A stretch of DNA of 62,412 nucleotides, the filler included, from Deltaproteobacteria bacterium (GTDB taxonomy: Bacteria; JAUYMQ01), in NCBI GenBank assembly GCA_030698575.1. It is 8 parts of 8 records of this genome, joined end to end, with 100 filler letters (N's around TTAATTAATTAA, not from the genome) between each part and the next. Parts side by side here need not be neighbours in the genome. Positions count along the whole stretch, not along the records: positions 21,232 to 39,148 come from JAUYMQ010000014.1; 7 more parts are not named here. One strand, written 5' to 3'. Made by a program: the position numbers and the translations under genes. Below the pieces are notes generated by a model that was given only the letters and a program-made list of their open reading frames with translations, searched no databases and was not told the origin of the DNA. Each line of letters begins with the position of its first letter. Positions within the stretch are counted from its first letter, which is position 1. Below, piece after piece: positions 23,195 through 32,908 of the stretch.

Positions 23195-23959
23195 ATGGGC
23201 GACTCTATCTCCGGCCTTGATCGGGCGGCAAAGCTTCTCGCCGAGTCTGATCGCGCGATTGCCCTCACGGGTGCGGGCATCAGCGTGGATAGCAACGTTC
23301 CAGCCTTTCGCGGCGCGCAGGGGCTCTGGGATCGATACGATCCGATGGAGTACGCCCACATCGACGCCTTCCGCTCGGACCCGGCGCGCGTCTGGGCGAT
23401 GCTGCGGGAGCTTGGCGATATCATCGCCAACAGCCAGCCCAATCCGGCTCACCGGGCCCTCGCCAGGCTGGAGGAAATCGGGAAACTTGCAGCGGTGATT
23501 ACCCAGAACGTCGACGGGCTCCACCAGCGCGCGGGCTCGAAACAGGTCATCGAGTTTCACGGAAGCGGGGAGCGTCTGGTGTGTCTCAGGGGGCACGGCC
23601 CCTTTGCCCGGAACTCGGTGCGCATCGATGATGCGCCGCCCGGCTGCCCGAACTGCGGGGCGATTCTCAAACCCGATGTCGTCTTCTTCGGCGAAGCGAT
23701 CCCTCCGCGAGCGCTCCTGGCCGCGCAGGTCGAGGTGGAGCGCGCCGACCTCGTGCTCGTTCTGGGAACAAGCGCTGAAGTCTCGCCGGCTTCCGAAATT
23801 CCCGCCGCGGCGCGAGGCCGGGGCGCGCGCGTGATCGAGGTCAACCTCGAACCGACTCATCTCACCGGTGGGGTGGCGGACGTCACACTGCTCGCCTCGA
23901 CGAGCCGGGCGCTCCCCGCGCTCCTGGCCGCCATCGAGGGCGCCGAACCCGCCGCCTGA
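23195..23959 (+). CDS. cobB: NAD-dependent protein deacylase (sirtuin)
   Basis: TGAGIS, TQNVDGLHQRAG, FHGS, KPDVVFFGE, GTS. Confidence 0.92.
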   Translation: MGDSISGLDRAAKLLAESDRAIALTGAGISVDSNVPAFRGAQGLWDRYDPMEYAHIDAFRSDPARVWAMLRELGDIIANSQPNPAHRALARLEEIGKLAAVITQNVDGLHQRAGSKQVIEFHGSGERLVCLRGHGPFARNSVRIDDAPPGCPNCGAILKPDVVFFGEAIPPRALLAAQVEVERADLVLVLGTSAEVSPASEIPAAARGRGARVIEVNLEPTHLTGGVADVTLLASTSRALPALLAAIEGAEPAA

Positions 23960-23996
23960 CAGGGGAAATCTTTCACCCTCCGGGGCAAAGCTGCGA

Positions 23997-25346
23997 ATGG
24001 CCGACTCCATTTCACTCAACCTTTCGAAACTGTTTGCCGCCGCGGCCGGGGCGAACGGCCTGGCGGAGGATGACCTCGGCGCGGAGGCAGCGGCTGCGGC
24101 CTTCGAAGCCTTCGAGCTTCGTCGCACGACGGGCGAGGTTGGCTTCGCCGATCTCGGCGAACGTGAAGACCTCGCAGCGGGCTGCCGTGAGACGGCCGCG
24201 CTCGTGCGGGCCGAAGCCAGCGACTTTCTGCATCTCGGCATAGGCGGCTCGGCCCTCGGTCCCCGGGCCATCCTCCGCGCCCTCAGCCATCCCCAGCGGA
24301 ACCTCCTCCCCCCTGCGCAGAGGGACGGCCCGCGCATATTCTTCGTCGAGAACGTCGACCCCGAGAGCCTTGCCGCGATCCGCGACGTGATTGACCCGTC
24401 GAAAACCTGGATCAATGTGGTGAGCAAGTCTGGCGGCACTGTCGAAACCATCGGCCAGTGGCTCGTCGTCCGCCAGTGGATCGAAGAAGCGGTCGGGCGG
24501 GAAAAAGCGCGCGAGCGCACAATCCTCACGACCGATCCCGAGAAGGGGCTTCTCAGGCGCATGGCCAGGGAGGAGGGGATGAGGACGCTGGAGGTGCCGC
24601 CCAACGTCGGCGGGCGCTTCTCGGCCCTAACCCCGGTCGGGCTCCTTTCTGCTGCGGTGGCCGGGATCGATCCTTCCGAGATTCTCAAGGGCGCCCGGAG
24701 CATGACCGCGCGCTGCGCAAGCGGGCGGGTCGGCGACAACCCCGCGCTGCATCTCGCGGCCTCGCTCCACGCCCTGGACGTGCGCAAGGGGAGGCGCACG
24801 CATGTATTGATGGCCTACGCCGACGCCCTCGCGGACACCGCGGAGTGGTACTGCCAGCTCTGGGCCGAGAGCCTGGGGAAACGTTACGAATCGGAAGGCG
24901 AGCAGGTGTTCAGCGGGCCGACGCCCGTCAAGGCGGTGGGGGCCGTCGATCAGCACTCGCAGCTCCAGCTCTACCTCGAGGGGCCGCAGGACAAGGTGAT
25001 CGTCTTTCTCGGCGTGCGGCGGCTTCGTGAGGAGCTGGAGGTGCCGTCAGGGGACGGCTTGCCCCCTGAGATCGCTTATCTCGGCGGCCATGGCATCGGG
25101 GAGATCCTGGACGTGGAACGGCGCGCAACGGAGGAGGCCCTTCTTCGCAACGGGCGGCCAAGTGCGACGATCCTGCTCGAAGAGCTGACGCCCCGGGCGA
25201 TCGGCGCGCTTTATCAGTTCTGGGAATTGACGACGGCTTACGCCGGGGAACTGTACGGCGTAAATGCTTACGACCAGCCCGCGGTCGAACTGGGTAAACG
25301 CATCGCACAGCGTGTTCTGAGCAGGAGCGGGGGGCAGGGGACCTAG
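23997..25346 (+). CDS. pgi: Glucose-6-phosphate isomerase
   Basis: GIGGSALG, SKSGGTVET, VGGRFS, QLWAESLGK, DQHSQLQ, DQPAVELGK. Confidence 0.93.
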   Translation: MADSISLNLSKLFAAAAGANGLAEDDLGAEAAAAAFEAFELRRTTGEVGFADLGEREDLAAGCRETAALVRAEASDFLHLGIGGSALGPRAILRALSHPQRNLLPPAQRDGPRIFFVENVDPESLAAIRDVIDPSKTWINVVSKSGGTVETIGQWLVVRQWIEEAVGREKARERTILTTDPEKGLLRRMAREEGMRTLEVPPNVGGRFSALTPVGLLSAAVAGIDPSEILKGARSMTARCASGRVGDNPALHLAASLHALDVRKGRRTHVLMAYADALADTAEWYCQLWAESLGKRYESEGEQVFSGPTPVKAVGAVDQHSQLQLYLEGPQDKVIVFLGVRRLREELEVPSGDGLPPEIAYLGGHGIGEILDVERRATEEALLRNGRPSATILLEELTPRAIGALYQFWELTTAYAGELYGVNAYDQPAVELGKRIAQRVLSRSGGQGT

Positions 25347-26326
25347 CTGTTCGGTTCTTCCTTGTTTCGAAACGAGTGAGGATCGATGCCGTTCCGGCGC
25401 ATCACGTCGTAGAAGTCCTTCCGGTCCTTCTGAGCCAGCCGGGCCGCGCGGCTGATGTTTCCCCGGCTCACCCGAAGCACCTGCAGGATGTAGTGACGCT
25501 CGAACTGCCGTTTTGCATCCTTGAAGGAGGGGACCATCTCCGGCGCCAGCGGGTGCTGCAGGAAAAGGTCATCGACGTCGAGCTCTTCCTTTCTCGCAAC
25601 GAGGACCGCTTGCCGGACCTTGTTTTCAAGTTCACGGACATTTCCCGGCCAACTGTATTCCAGCATGCGGGCCTTGAGGCCCTCCGAGAGGCGATTTGCC
25701 CGCGTCGGAAACTCCCGCCCCAGGGCGTGCAGAAAGTGCGCCGCGAGCAGGTTGATGTCCTCGCCGCGTTCCCTGAGAGGTGGCACTTCCACGGTGAATG
25801 ATCGGAAGCTGCGAGCGAGGTCCTGATCGAAGATCGACTGGCCACCGCTCATTTCCGGCACGATTGAGGAGGCAGCGATCAGTTGCGGGGTTGGAAGGCC
25901 GGGATCGGCGTCAGGGAGAACTTCGTCGCCCGTGAGGATGCCGAGAAGGCGCGCCTGCAGCTTCCTGGGAACCGCCTCCATCTGATCCAGGAAGATGGTC
26001 CCACCCGCAGCCTCGGCTAACAGCCCGGGACCGCGCGTGAACCGCGAGAGCGGATTGTTCTCCGGGAGTCCGAACAGCTCTCCCTCGAGAAGGACGTCAG
26101 GGATGACTCCGCAGTGGATCGAAACGAAGGCGTGCGAGGCGCGCGCGCTCGAAGCGTGGATCGTGCGCGCCACGAGTTCCTTGCCGGTGCCGCTCTCGCC
26201 AAGAAGGAACACGGGGTGCGTGGTTCCCGCGGCGATGGCGATCTGATCCAGCACTTTCCTCATCGGAGCCGAGGTTCCGATGAGGACATCGGACTTCCGC
26301 CGGCGGGGCGAGCCCTCAATCTTCAT
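25343..26326 (-). CDS. Degenerate sigma54-activator-like AAA+ / Fis-HTH regulator lacking GAFTGA
   Basis: GESGTGKELVAR, WPGNVRELEN, C-terminal HTH; GAFTGA absent, Walker B FLDQ. Confidence 0.85.
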   Translation of the reverse strand: MKIEGSPRRRKSDVLIGTSAPMRKVLDQIAIAAGTTHPVFLLGESGTGKELVARTIHASSARASHAFVSIHCGVIPDVLLEGELFGLPENNPLSRFTRGPGLLAEAAGGTIFLDQMEAVPRKLQARLLGILTGDEVLPDADPGLPTPQLIAASSIVPEMSGGQSIFDQDLARSFRSFTVEVPPLRERGEDINLLAAHFLHALGREFPTRANRLSEGLKARMLEYSWPGNVRELENKVRQAVLVARKEELDVDDLFLQHPLAPEMVPSFKDAKRQFERHYILQVLRVSRGNISRAARLAQKDRKDFYDVMRRNGIDPHSFRNKEEPNS

Positions 26327-26524
26327 TTTGGCGGAATCCGTAATGTAGTATGGAGGTGCAGGCGGGCCGGACAGTCGCATACTACCTATCCGGAAACGGC
26401 CCGGCTTGTCAACCACAAAGAAATCGAATCGTGGCCCCCATTGATTCCAGGGGATTGCGGGTATGACAAAGTTAAGTGTGACGGGGCCGCACCGGCCCGT
26501 CCGGGCCAGGGGGGTATCGAGGGC

Positions 26525-28279
26525 ATGGCGGTGAGCATCCGGATCCTTCCGGCCAATCTGGCCAACCAGATCGCGGCAGGCGAGGTCGTCGAGCGTCCCG
26601 CGTCCGTCGTCAAGGAACTGGTTGAGAATGCGCTGGACGCGGCCTGCCGCGAGGTTAGCGTCGAGACTGAGGAAGGCGGGCGGAAACTGATCCGCGTGGT
26701 CGACGACGGCGGAGGAATCAGCCCCTCCGACGCCAGGCTCGCCTTCGAGCGGCACGCGACGAGCAAGATCCACACCCAGGCCGACCTCGATCAGGTCGCG
26801 ACCTACGGCTTCCGCGGGGAGGCGCTCCCGAGCATCGCGAGCGTCGCCCGCGTCAGGCTCGTCACGAAGTGCGCGGGGGAGCCTGCGGCAATCGAGATCC
26901 GGATCGCGGCAGGCGTCCTGGAGGAGCAGTCCGAAACCGGAGCGCCCGCCGGGACCCTGGTCGAGGTGACGGACCTTTTCTTCAACACCCCCGCCCGCCG
27001 CAAATTCCTCAAGCGCGCCCCGTTCGAGGCTTCACGGGTGACGGACGTGATGGAGCGCCTCGCGCTTGCCAGGCCGGAGGTGGGGTTCAGGTTGACCCAG
27101 GGGGGACGCACCGTTCTGGACGCGCGCGCCGGCGGGCCGCTCGAAACCCGAATCGTCGATGTCCTCGGCGCGGCGGAGGGGGCGCGCATTCTTCCGGTGG
27201 ATCTCCGCGCCGGGATGCTCCGCGTGCAGGGGTTCACCTCGCCGCCCGACCGGAGTCAGCCGACCGCCCGCGCAATTCACCTCGTTGTCAACGGGCGGCC
27301 CATCCGCGATCGCGCCTTGCAGCACGCGGTCATCTCCGCAGCGCGCGAGTTCATCCCGCAGAACCGGTTCCCTCTCGCAGTTCTCCACCTGACGCTCCCC
27401 CCGGAGGCCGTGGACGAGAATGTGCATCCGGCCAAGCTCGAGATCCGCTTCCGCGACGGGCGCTGGATCTACGAGGCGGTCCGGCGAGCGATTCTCGACG
27501 CGCTTCGGGGATTCGCGCCGGTCAGCGCTGGCCCGGCGCGGGCGGCGCCTCAGGAGGAGGGGGCCGCCGTGCAGGAGGCTCTGGCCGGATACGCCGCCCG
27601 GATATCGGGGGCAACGGTGGGAGAGGGAGCACTGGCTGCCGGAACGGCGGGGACGGCTGAATCCGCGCCGTTCGGGGCGCCTTCGATCGACGCCGGCTTC
27701 GGCGCCGCGCCGACGTTCCTCGGCCAGGCGCATGAGACCTACCTCCTCTTCGAAACAGCTGACGGCCTGCTCGTCGTCGACCAGCATGCGGCCCACGAAC
27801 GGCTCTTATTCGAGCGGATTCGCGCCCAGGCGGATGCAGGCGGCATACCGCGCCAGCCGCTTCTCGTACCGCGAACCATCGAGCTCGGCGGCGGCCGCCG
27901 TGCGCGGCTCGATGCGGCGCGCGACGCGGTCGCGAGGCTCGGTTTCGAAATCGAGCCGTTCGGCGGAAACACGATCGCCGTGAAATGTATTCCCGCCCGG
28001 CTCGAGGGCGCCGATCTGGCGACCCTGCTCGCGCAGGTGGCCGACGATTTGGCGGAGGAGGAAGGTGCGGAGGCGCTCGAGCGTACTTTCCGCCGCGCGC
28101 TCGCGACCGTCGCCTGCCATGCGGCGGTGCGGGCCGGGCAGCGCCTTTCACGCGAGCAGGCGGACGCGCTCGTCCAGTCGATCGAGGCGACCCCCGGCGC
28201 CGCCACCTGCCCCCACGGGCGACCCGTGGCCGTGCGCCTCTCGAGGGCCGATCTCGAACGGCGCTTCGGGAGGTCCTGA
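26525..28279 (+). CDS. mutL: DNA mismatch repair protein MutL (endonuclease type)
   Basis: QIAAGEVVERPASVVKELVEN, GFRGEAL, DQHAAHER, ACH, CPHGRP. Confidence 0.96.
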   Translation: MAVSIRILPANLANQIAAGEVVERPASVVKELVENALDAACREVSVETEEGGRKLIRVVDDGGGISPSDARLAFERHATSKIHTQADLDQVATYGFRGEALPSIASVARVRLVTKCAGEPAAIEIRIAAGVLEEQSETGAPAGTLVEVTDLFFNTPARRKFLKRAPFEASRVTDVMERLALARPEVGFRLTQGGRTVLDARAGGPLETRIVDVLGAAEGARILPVDLRAGMLRVQGFTSPPDRSQPTARAIHLVVNGRPIRDRALQHAVISAAREFIPQNRFPLAVLHLTLPPEAVDENVHPAKLEIRFRDGRWIYEAVRRAILDALRGFAPVSAGPARAAPQEEGAAVQEALAGYAARISGATVGEGALAAGTAGTAESAPFGAPSIDAGFGAAPTFLGQAHETYLLFETADGLLVVDQHAAHERLLFERIRAQADAGGIPRQPLLVPRTIELGGGRRARLDAARDAVARLGFEIEPFGGNTIAVKCIPARLEGADLATLLAQVADDLAEEEGAEALERTFRRALATVACHAAVRAGQRLSREQADALVQSIEATPGAATCPHGRPVAVRLSRADLERRFGRS

Positions 28280-29233
28280 ATGACCCGCTCGCCCAGCGCC
28301 GCGCCGATTCCCCTGCTCGTGGTCGCGGGCCCGACGGGTGTGGGCAAGACGGAAATCAGCCTCGAGCTCGCCGAGAAGTTCGACGCTGAGATCGTCAGCG
28401 CCGACAGCGTCCAGGTCTACAGAGGGATGGACATCGGGAGCGCCAAGCCCACCCGCGAGGAGCAGGCCCGCGTGCCTCATCACGTCATCGACGTGGCCGC
28501 GCCTGATGAAGCTTTCAGTGCCGGGCGCTACGCAGAGCTGGCGGCCGTGGCCATCGAAGACATTACGGGAAGGGGCAAGCGCCCGCTGCTCGTCGGCGGC
28601 AGCGGCCTCTACCTGCGTGCGCTTCTCGAGGGGCTGGTGACCGGCGCATCCGCCGACCCCGAAGTGCGCCGGCTCATCGGGGAGCGGCTCACGAAGGAGG
28701 GCCTCGCGGCCGTCCGCGCGCGGCTCGAGGACGTGGATCCGGCATCGGCCGCACGCATCCATGCCAACGACGCCTACCGTATAGCGCGCGCACTGGAAGT
28801 CTTCGAGCTCACAGGTGAGCCGCTATCAGAGCTCCAGGAACGCCAGCGCCGCCTGCCCCCGGCCTATGATGCCCGCTGGCTCGGGCTCACGGAGGACCGC
28901 CCGGTTCTCTATGATCGAATCGAGGCACGTTGCGATCGGATGATCGCGGCAGGCTTTCTGGAGGAAGTAGTTCGCCTCCGGGAGGAGGGCTTTGGCCTCG
29001 ATCTCCGCCCGCTCCGCTCTCTGGGCTACCGCCAGATGGGGGATGTTGTCCGGGGCGAGCAGACGCTTCCGGAGGCGCTGGACGAGATGAAAAAAGAGAC
29101 GCGGCGATATGCGAAGCGCCAGATCACCTGGTTCCGCGCGCGGCCCGGAATCTCCTGGCTCTCCCCCACGAGAGAGCGGCGGGCAATCCTGGACAGCGCC
29201 CGCGTCCTGCTGGAAAGGGGCCGGGCGGCCTAG
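28280..29233 (+). CDS. miaA: tRNA dimethylallyltransferase
   Basis: [35 protein letters not shown]. Confidence 0.95.
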   Translation: MTRSPSAAPIPLLVVAGPTGVGKTEISLELAEKFDAEIVSADSVQVYRGMDIGSAKPTREEQARVPHHVIDVAAPDEAFSAGRYAELAAVAIEDITGRGKRPLLVGGSGLYLRALLEGLVTGASADPEVRRLIGERLTKEGLAAVRARLEDVDPASAARIHANDAYRIARALEVFELTGEPLSELQERQRRLPPAYDARWLGLTEDRPVLYDRIEARCDRMIAAGFLEEVVRLREEGFGLDLRPLRSLGYRQMGDVVRGEQTLPEALDEMKKETRRYAKRQITWFRARPGISWLSPTRERRAILDSARVLLERGRAA

Positions 29234-30036
29234 AGGCCGCTCGGCGAATACAGCGGCCCTCGCGCGCCTCGAGGCTCGGGCGGAGAAGCTCCGGCAGAAG
29301 ATCTATAAACAACTCTCGCCCTGGCAAAAGACCCAGCTCTCCCGGCATCCCCAGCGGCCGACGACCCTCGATTACATCGAACGTCTCTTCACGGATTTCG
29401 AGGAGCTCCACGGCGATCGCCTCTTCAGAGATGATCCGTCCATCGTCGGAGGGCTCGCGCGTTTCCGCGATCGTCCGATGGTCGTCCTGGGGCACCAGCG
29501 CGGGCGAACGGCGCGCGAGCGGACGATGCGGCATCGCGGAAAGCCGATGCCGGAGGGCTTCCGGAAATCCCTTCGACTCATGCGCATCGCCGAACGATTC
29601 GCCAAGCCCATCGTGACATTCGTCGACACGACGGGAGCCCATCCGGGGGCCGACGCCGAGGCGCGAGGCCAGGCCGAGGCAATAGCACGCAACTTGCGCG
29701 AACTGAGCGCCCTCCGGACGCCCATCGTAACCTTCATCATTGGGGAAGGGGGCAGCGGCGGGGCTCTCGCGCTCTGCGTGGCCGACCGCATCTTCATGCT
29801 CGAGTACGCCACTTTCAGCGTGATAAGCCCCGAAGGCTGCGCCGCGATCCTCTGGAGGCGGGGCGCACAGGGACCCTGACGCGGCCGCGCGCACCGTCGG
29901 GAGCGCGCTCGAGGAGGCCCTCGAAGAGTTGCGCGAAATTCCATTCGATGCGCTGCTTCAACAGCGCTACGAACGGCTGCGTGCCATCGGGGAGTTCATC
30001 GAAAATACTGCGGAAAGCCGGGCCCCGTCGACTTGA
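29234..30036 (+). pseudogene. accA: Acetyl-CoA carboxylase carboxyltransferase alpha, no start codon and an internal deletion with frameshift
   Basis: [43 protein letters not shown], then in another frame [10 protein letters not shown]...RYERLRAIG; the ~30 codons normally between are absent. Confidence 0.8.
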
Positions 30037-30428
30037 CACCTCCGGGCTGCTCTGTTACGCAGGGGTGTTTCCAGTAGGGGTAGAAAGGGGGCGTGGGCCC
30101 TGGTTTTCGCTCCCGCCCGCTCGGAAACCTCCCCATTGTTCTGATCAGCAAAGAGAGGACCTTCCGCGAGTGGCGTTGCGTGCCCGTGCAGGCGCGTCCG
30201 GCCCGGTGGCCGGATGGCTTTGCAGGGATACCCCCCGCCGCAGGCGCATCGGACGCGTGAAGCGCGTTCTTCTGGCGACAATCCGGATCCCGACGCCGAG
30301 GCGGATCGCGGCCCCTCGGCGCAAATCTCTGACTAGCCGATCCACGCGGACACACCCGCAAGCGCCAACTGGCGGCGGTAACCGCGTGGGAGGGCCAGAC
30401 TGCCGCCCCCCGGGCGGCGTCTGCCGCG

Positions 30429-31214
30429 ATGGTCCTCGGGATGATCGACAAGTACGTTGTACAGCCCGTCTACAACTTCTTCGACGAAGTGGGCAGAATC
30501 GTCCTCTTCGCGATGGAAGCGATCACGCTCCTATTCCGGCCCCCGCTCTTCTGGCGTGAAATCCTCACGGAGTCACATCACGTCGCCACCACCTGCATCA
30601 TTCCCGTCGTCTGCACAGTGGCTCCCATCGGGTGCATCCTCGCGATCCAGGCGCTGAACATTCTCAGGCCCCTGGGCGTTGAAAAGCTCATGAGCTCGAT
30701 GGTCGTCATCATCATGGTACGCGAGCTTTCCCCGGCCATGACGTCGATCATGATCGCGGCCCAGGCCGGGACGTCGATGGCCGCCGAGCTGGGCACGATG
30801 CGGGTCAAGGAAGAGATCGAGGCGCAGGATGTGATGGCCGTGAACCCGATCCAGTACCTCGTCATCCCGCGGTTCATCGCGCTCTTCATCATGTGCCCCA
30901 TTCTTACCGTGATCGCCTTCTTCGTGGGGATGGCCGGGAGCTACGTGATATCGGTGTACGTCGAAGGGGTGAACAAGGGCGCCTTCCTGACGGGTTTGTG
31001 GACCTACCTCGAAATGTATGACGTCGGCGGCGCCATCTTCAAATCCTGCGTCTTCGGCCTCGTTGTGGCGGTCATCAGCTGTTACAAGGGATTCTACGTG
31101 ACCGGCGGCGCGGCGGGGGTAGGCCGGGCTGCGAACGATGCGGTGGTCATCTGCATCACCACTTTCCTCATCCTCAACTACTTCCTCACTTCAATCCTCT
31201 GGATCACGATGTGA
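30429..31214 (+). CDS. mlaE: MlaE/YrbE-family ABC permease, copy 1
   Basis: RELSP, AGTSMAAELGTMRVKEEI, LVIPR, GAAGVGRA. Confidence 0.9.
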   Translation: MVLGMIDKYVVQPVYNFFDEVGRIVLFAMEAITLLFRPPLFWREILTESHHVATTCIIPVVCTVAPIGCILAIQALNILRPLGVEKLMSSMVVIIMVRELSPAMTSIMIAAQAGTSMAAELGTMRVKEEIEAQDVMAVNPIQYLVIPRFIALFIMCPILTVIAFFVGMAGSYVISVYVEGVNKGAFLTGLWTYLEMYDVGGAIFKSCVFGLVVAVISCYKGFYVTGGAAGVGRAANDAVVICITTFLILNYFLTSILWITM

Positions 31215-31242
31215 GGCCAGTTCGCAAGGGGCGAAACGGCAA

Positions 31243-32037
31243 ATGGTGAGGTTCGTCGAGTTCATCGGAGCGCTTTTTGGAAAAGTGCTCAGCGAAGTAG
31301 GGGCCATCGGGCTCTTCGTCATCAAGACCCTGAGCGTGGGGATCTCCACCTTTCCCAACCTCAAGCGGTTCGGCGAAGAGTGCTACAACATCGGCATCCA
31401 GTCCCTCTTCGTGGTGTGCAGCGTCGGGGCCTTCATCGGCATGAGCACCGCCCTGGTCGGCTACGCCACTCTCAAGGACCTCGGCGCCCAGAACCTGGTC
31501 GGTATCTTTATCGGCATCGCGAGCATTCGCGAGCTCGGCCCCGCTGTGGCGGCCTTCATGGTGGCCGCGAAAGCGGGATCGGGCATGGCCGCCCACATCG
31601 CCACAATGCGCGTGAAGGAGCAGATCGACGCGATGGAGGTCCAGGCGGTCAATCCCTTCTGGTATCTCATCGTGCCACGCTTTCTCGCGATCATGGTGGT
31701 GCTGCCGGTCCTCGTCGTCTGGAACGATTTCTTCATGCTCGGGACCGGCTATATGATCGCCGTCTTCCAGCTCAAGATCAACAGCGGCGCCGTGATGGAG
31801 AATCTCCTCTCCACGGTGGCCATGGCGGACATCTGGAAGGGCATGATCAAGGGCTGGGTTCTGGCTCTGTTCATCGTGAGCATCTGCACCTTCAAGGGAT
31901 TCACCTGTGAACCCGGGGCCCTGGGCGTAGGAAAGGCGACGAACCAGGCGGTGGTCTACTGCATCGCCATTCTGATTATCATCAACTTCTTCCTGAGCCA
32001 GTGGCTCTACGGCGGCATCGGCCTGCGCGGCATGTGA
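31243..32037 (+). CDS. mlaE: MlaE/YrbE-family ABC permease, copy 2
   Basis: RELGP, MRVKEQIDAM, GALGVGKAT. Confidence 0.9.
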   Translation: MVRFVEFIGALFGKVLSEVGAIGLFVIKTLSVGISTFPNLKRFGEECYNIGIQSLFVVCSVGAFIGMSTALVGYATLKDLGAQNLVGIFIGIASIRELGPAVAAFMVAAKAGSGMAAHIATMRVKEQIDAMEVQAVNPFWYLIVPRFLAIMVVLPVLVVWNDFFMLGTGYMIAVFQLKINSGAVMENLLSTVAMADIWKGMIKGWVLALFIVSICTFKGFTCEPGALGVGKATNQAVVYCIAILIIINFFLSQWLYGGIGLRGM

Positions 32038-32064
32038 GCAGCGCTCCGGAAGAAGGAGAAACAA

Positions 32065-32856
32065 TTGGCAAGCAAGGAAGAATTCCGGAAGTACGAAACG
32101 GGCGAGCCGATCGTGACGGTGAGGAATCTCTCCAAGTCCTTCGGCTCACTTCGCGTGCTGAAGGATCTGAACTGCGACATCAAGGCCGGCGAAACCACGG
32201 TATTCCTGGGGCCGAGCGGGACGGGCAAGTCGGTCTTCATCAAGCACATTGTCGGATTGCTCAAGCCGGACGAGGGTGAACTCGAGGTCATGGGGCGGAA
32301 CGTGCCGACCCTGGGGGAACGGGAGCTGTACGAACTGCGGAAGCATCTCGGCCTGGCCTTCCAGCTCGGCGCGCTCTTCGATTCGCTGAACGTCTATGAC
32401 AACGTTTCGTTCCCGCTGTCGCACCACACGCGCATGCGCCAGAAGGAGATCAAGAGCCGGGTCGCCGAAGTGCTCGAGCTCGTCGGCCTGCCCGGCACGG
32501 AGAACAAGCTCACGACCGAGCTCTCGACAGGTCAGCAGAAGCGCGTGGGGCTTGCCCGGGCGCTGGCCCTGAACCCGACCATCGTTCTCTTCGACGAGCC
32601 GACGACGGGGCTCGACCCGATCCTTTGCACGACCATCGACGAGCTGATTCTCAAGCTCAAGACGGAACTCGGCAAAACCTTCATCGTCATCAGCCATGAC
32701 ATCGAAGGCACCTGGAACATGGCGGATCAGGTGGGTGTGCTCTACCAGGGAACGCTTCTCAGGTACGGGCGAAACGCCGACGTCAGGCGCGACGACAACA
32801 TCTTTCTGAAGCAGTTCTTCGGGCGCACGGAAGACGGCCCCATGATCGGGGTTTGA
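32065..32856 (+). CDS. mlaF: MlaF/Mkl-family ABC ATPase, copy 1 (variant signature LSTGQ)
   Basis: GPSGTGKS, FQLGALFDS, LFDEPTTGLDP, ISHD; TTG start after AAGGAG. Confidence 0.9.
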   Translation: MASKEEFRKYETGEPIVTVRNLSKSFGSLRVLKDLNCDIKAGETTVFLGPSGTGKSVFIKHIVGLLKPDEGELEVMGRNVPTLGERELYELRKHLGLAFQLGALFDSLNVYDNVSFPLSHHTRMRQKEIKSRVAEVLELVGLPGTENKLTTELSTGQQKRVGLARALALNPTIVLFDEPTTGLDPILCTTIDELILKLKTELGKTFIVISHDIEGTWNMADQVGVLYQGTLLRYGRNADVRRDDNIFLKQFFGRTEDGPMIGV

Positions 32857-32908
32857 GCGGATTTCAGGGCGTCCCCGGCAACGCGCCGGGAGAGGGAGAC
32901 GAGATCTC

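Noticed and set aside
21476-25346. Sirtuin + Nudix + nitrilase as an anti-phage (Sir2/Thoeris-like) system
   Set aside because: All are canonical housekeeping forms (CobB-type sirtuin, CoA Nudix, Nit1) next to pgi
29109-29879. miaA-overlapping 256-aa ORF as an intact AccA or programmed frameshift
   Set aside because: The upstream part lies inside miaA with no AccA similarity, and ~30 conserved codons are physically missing at the junction, so recoding cannot restore it
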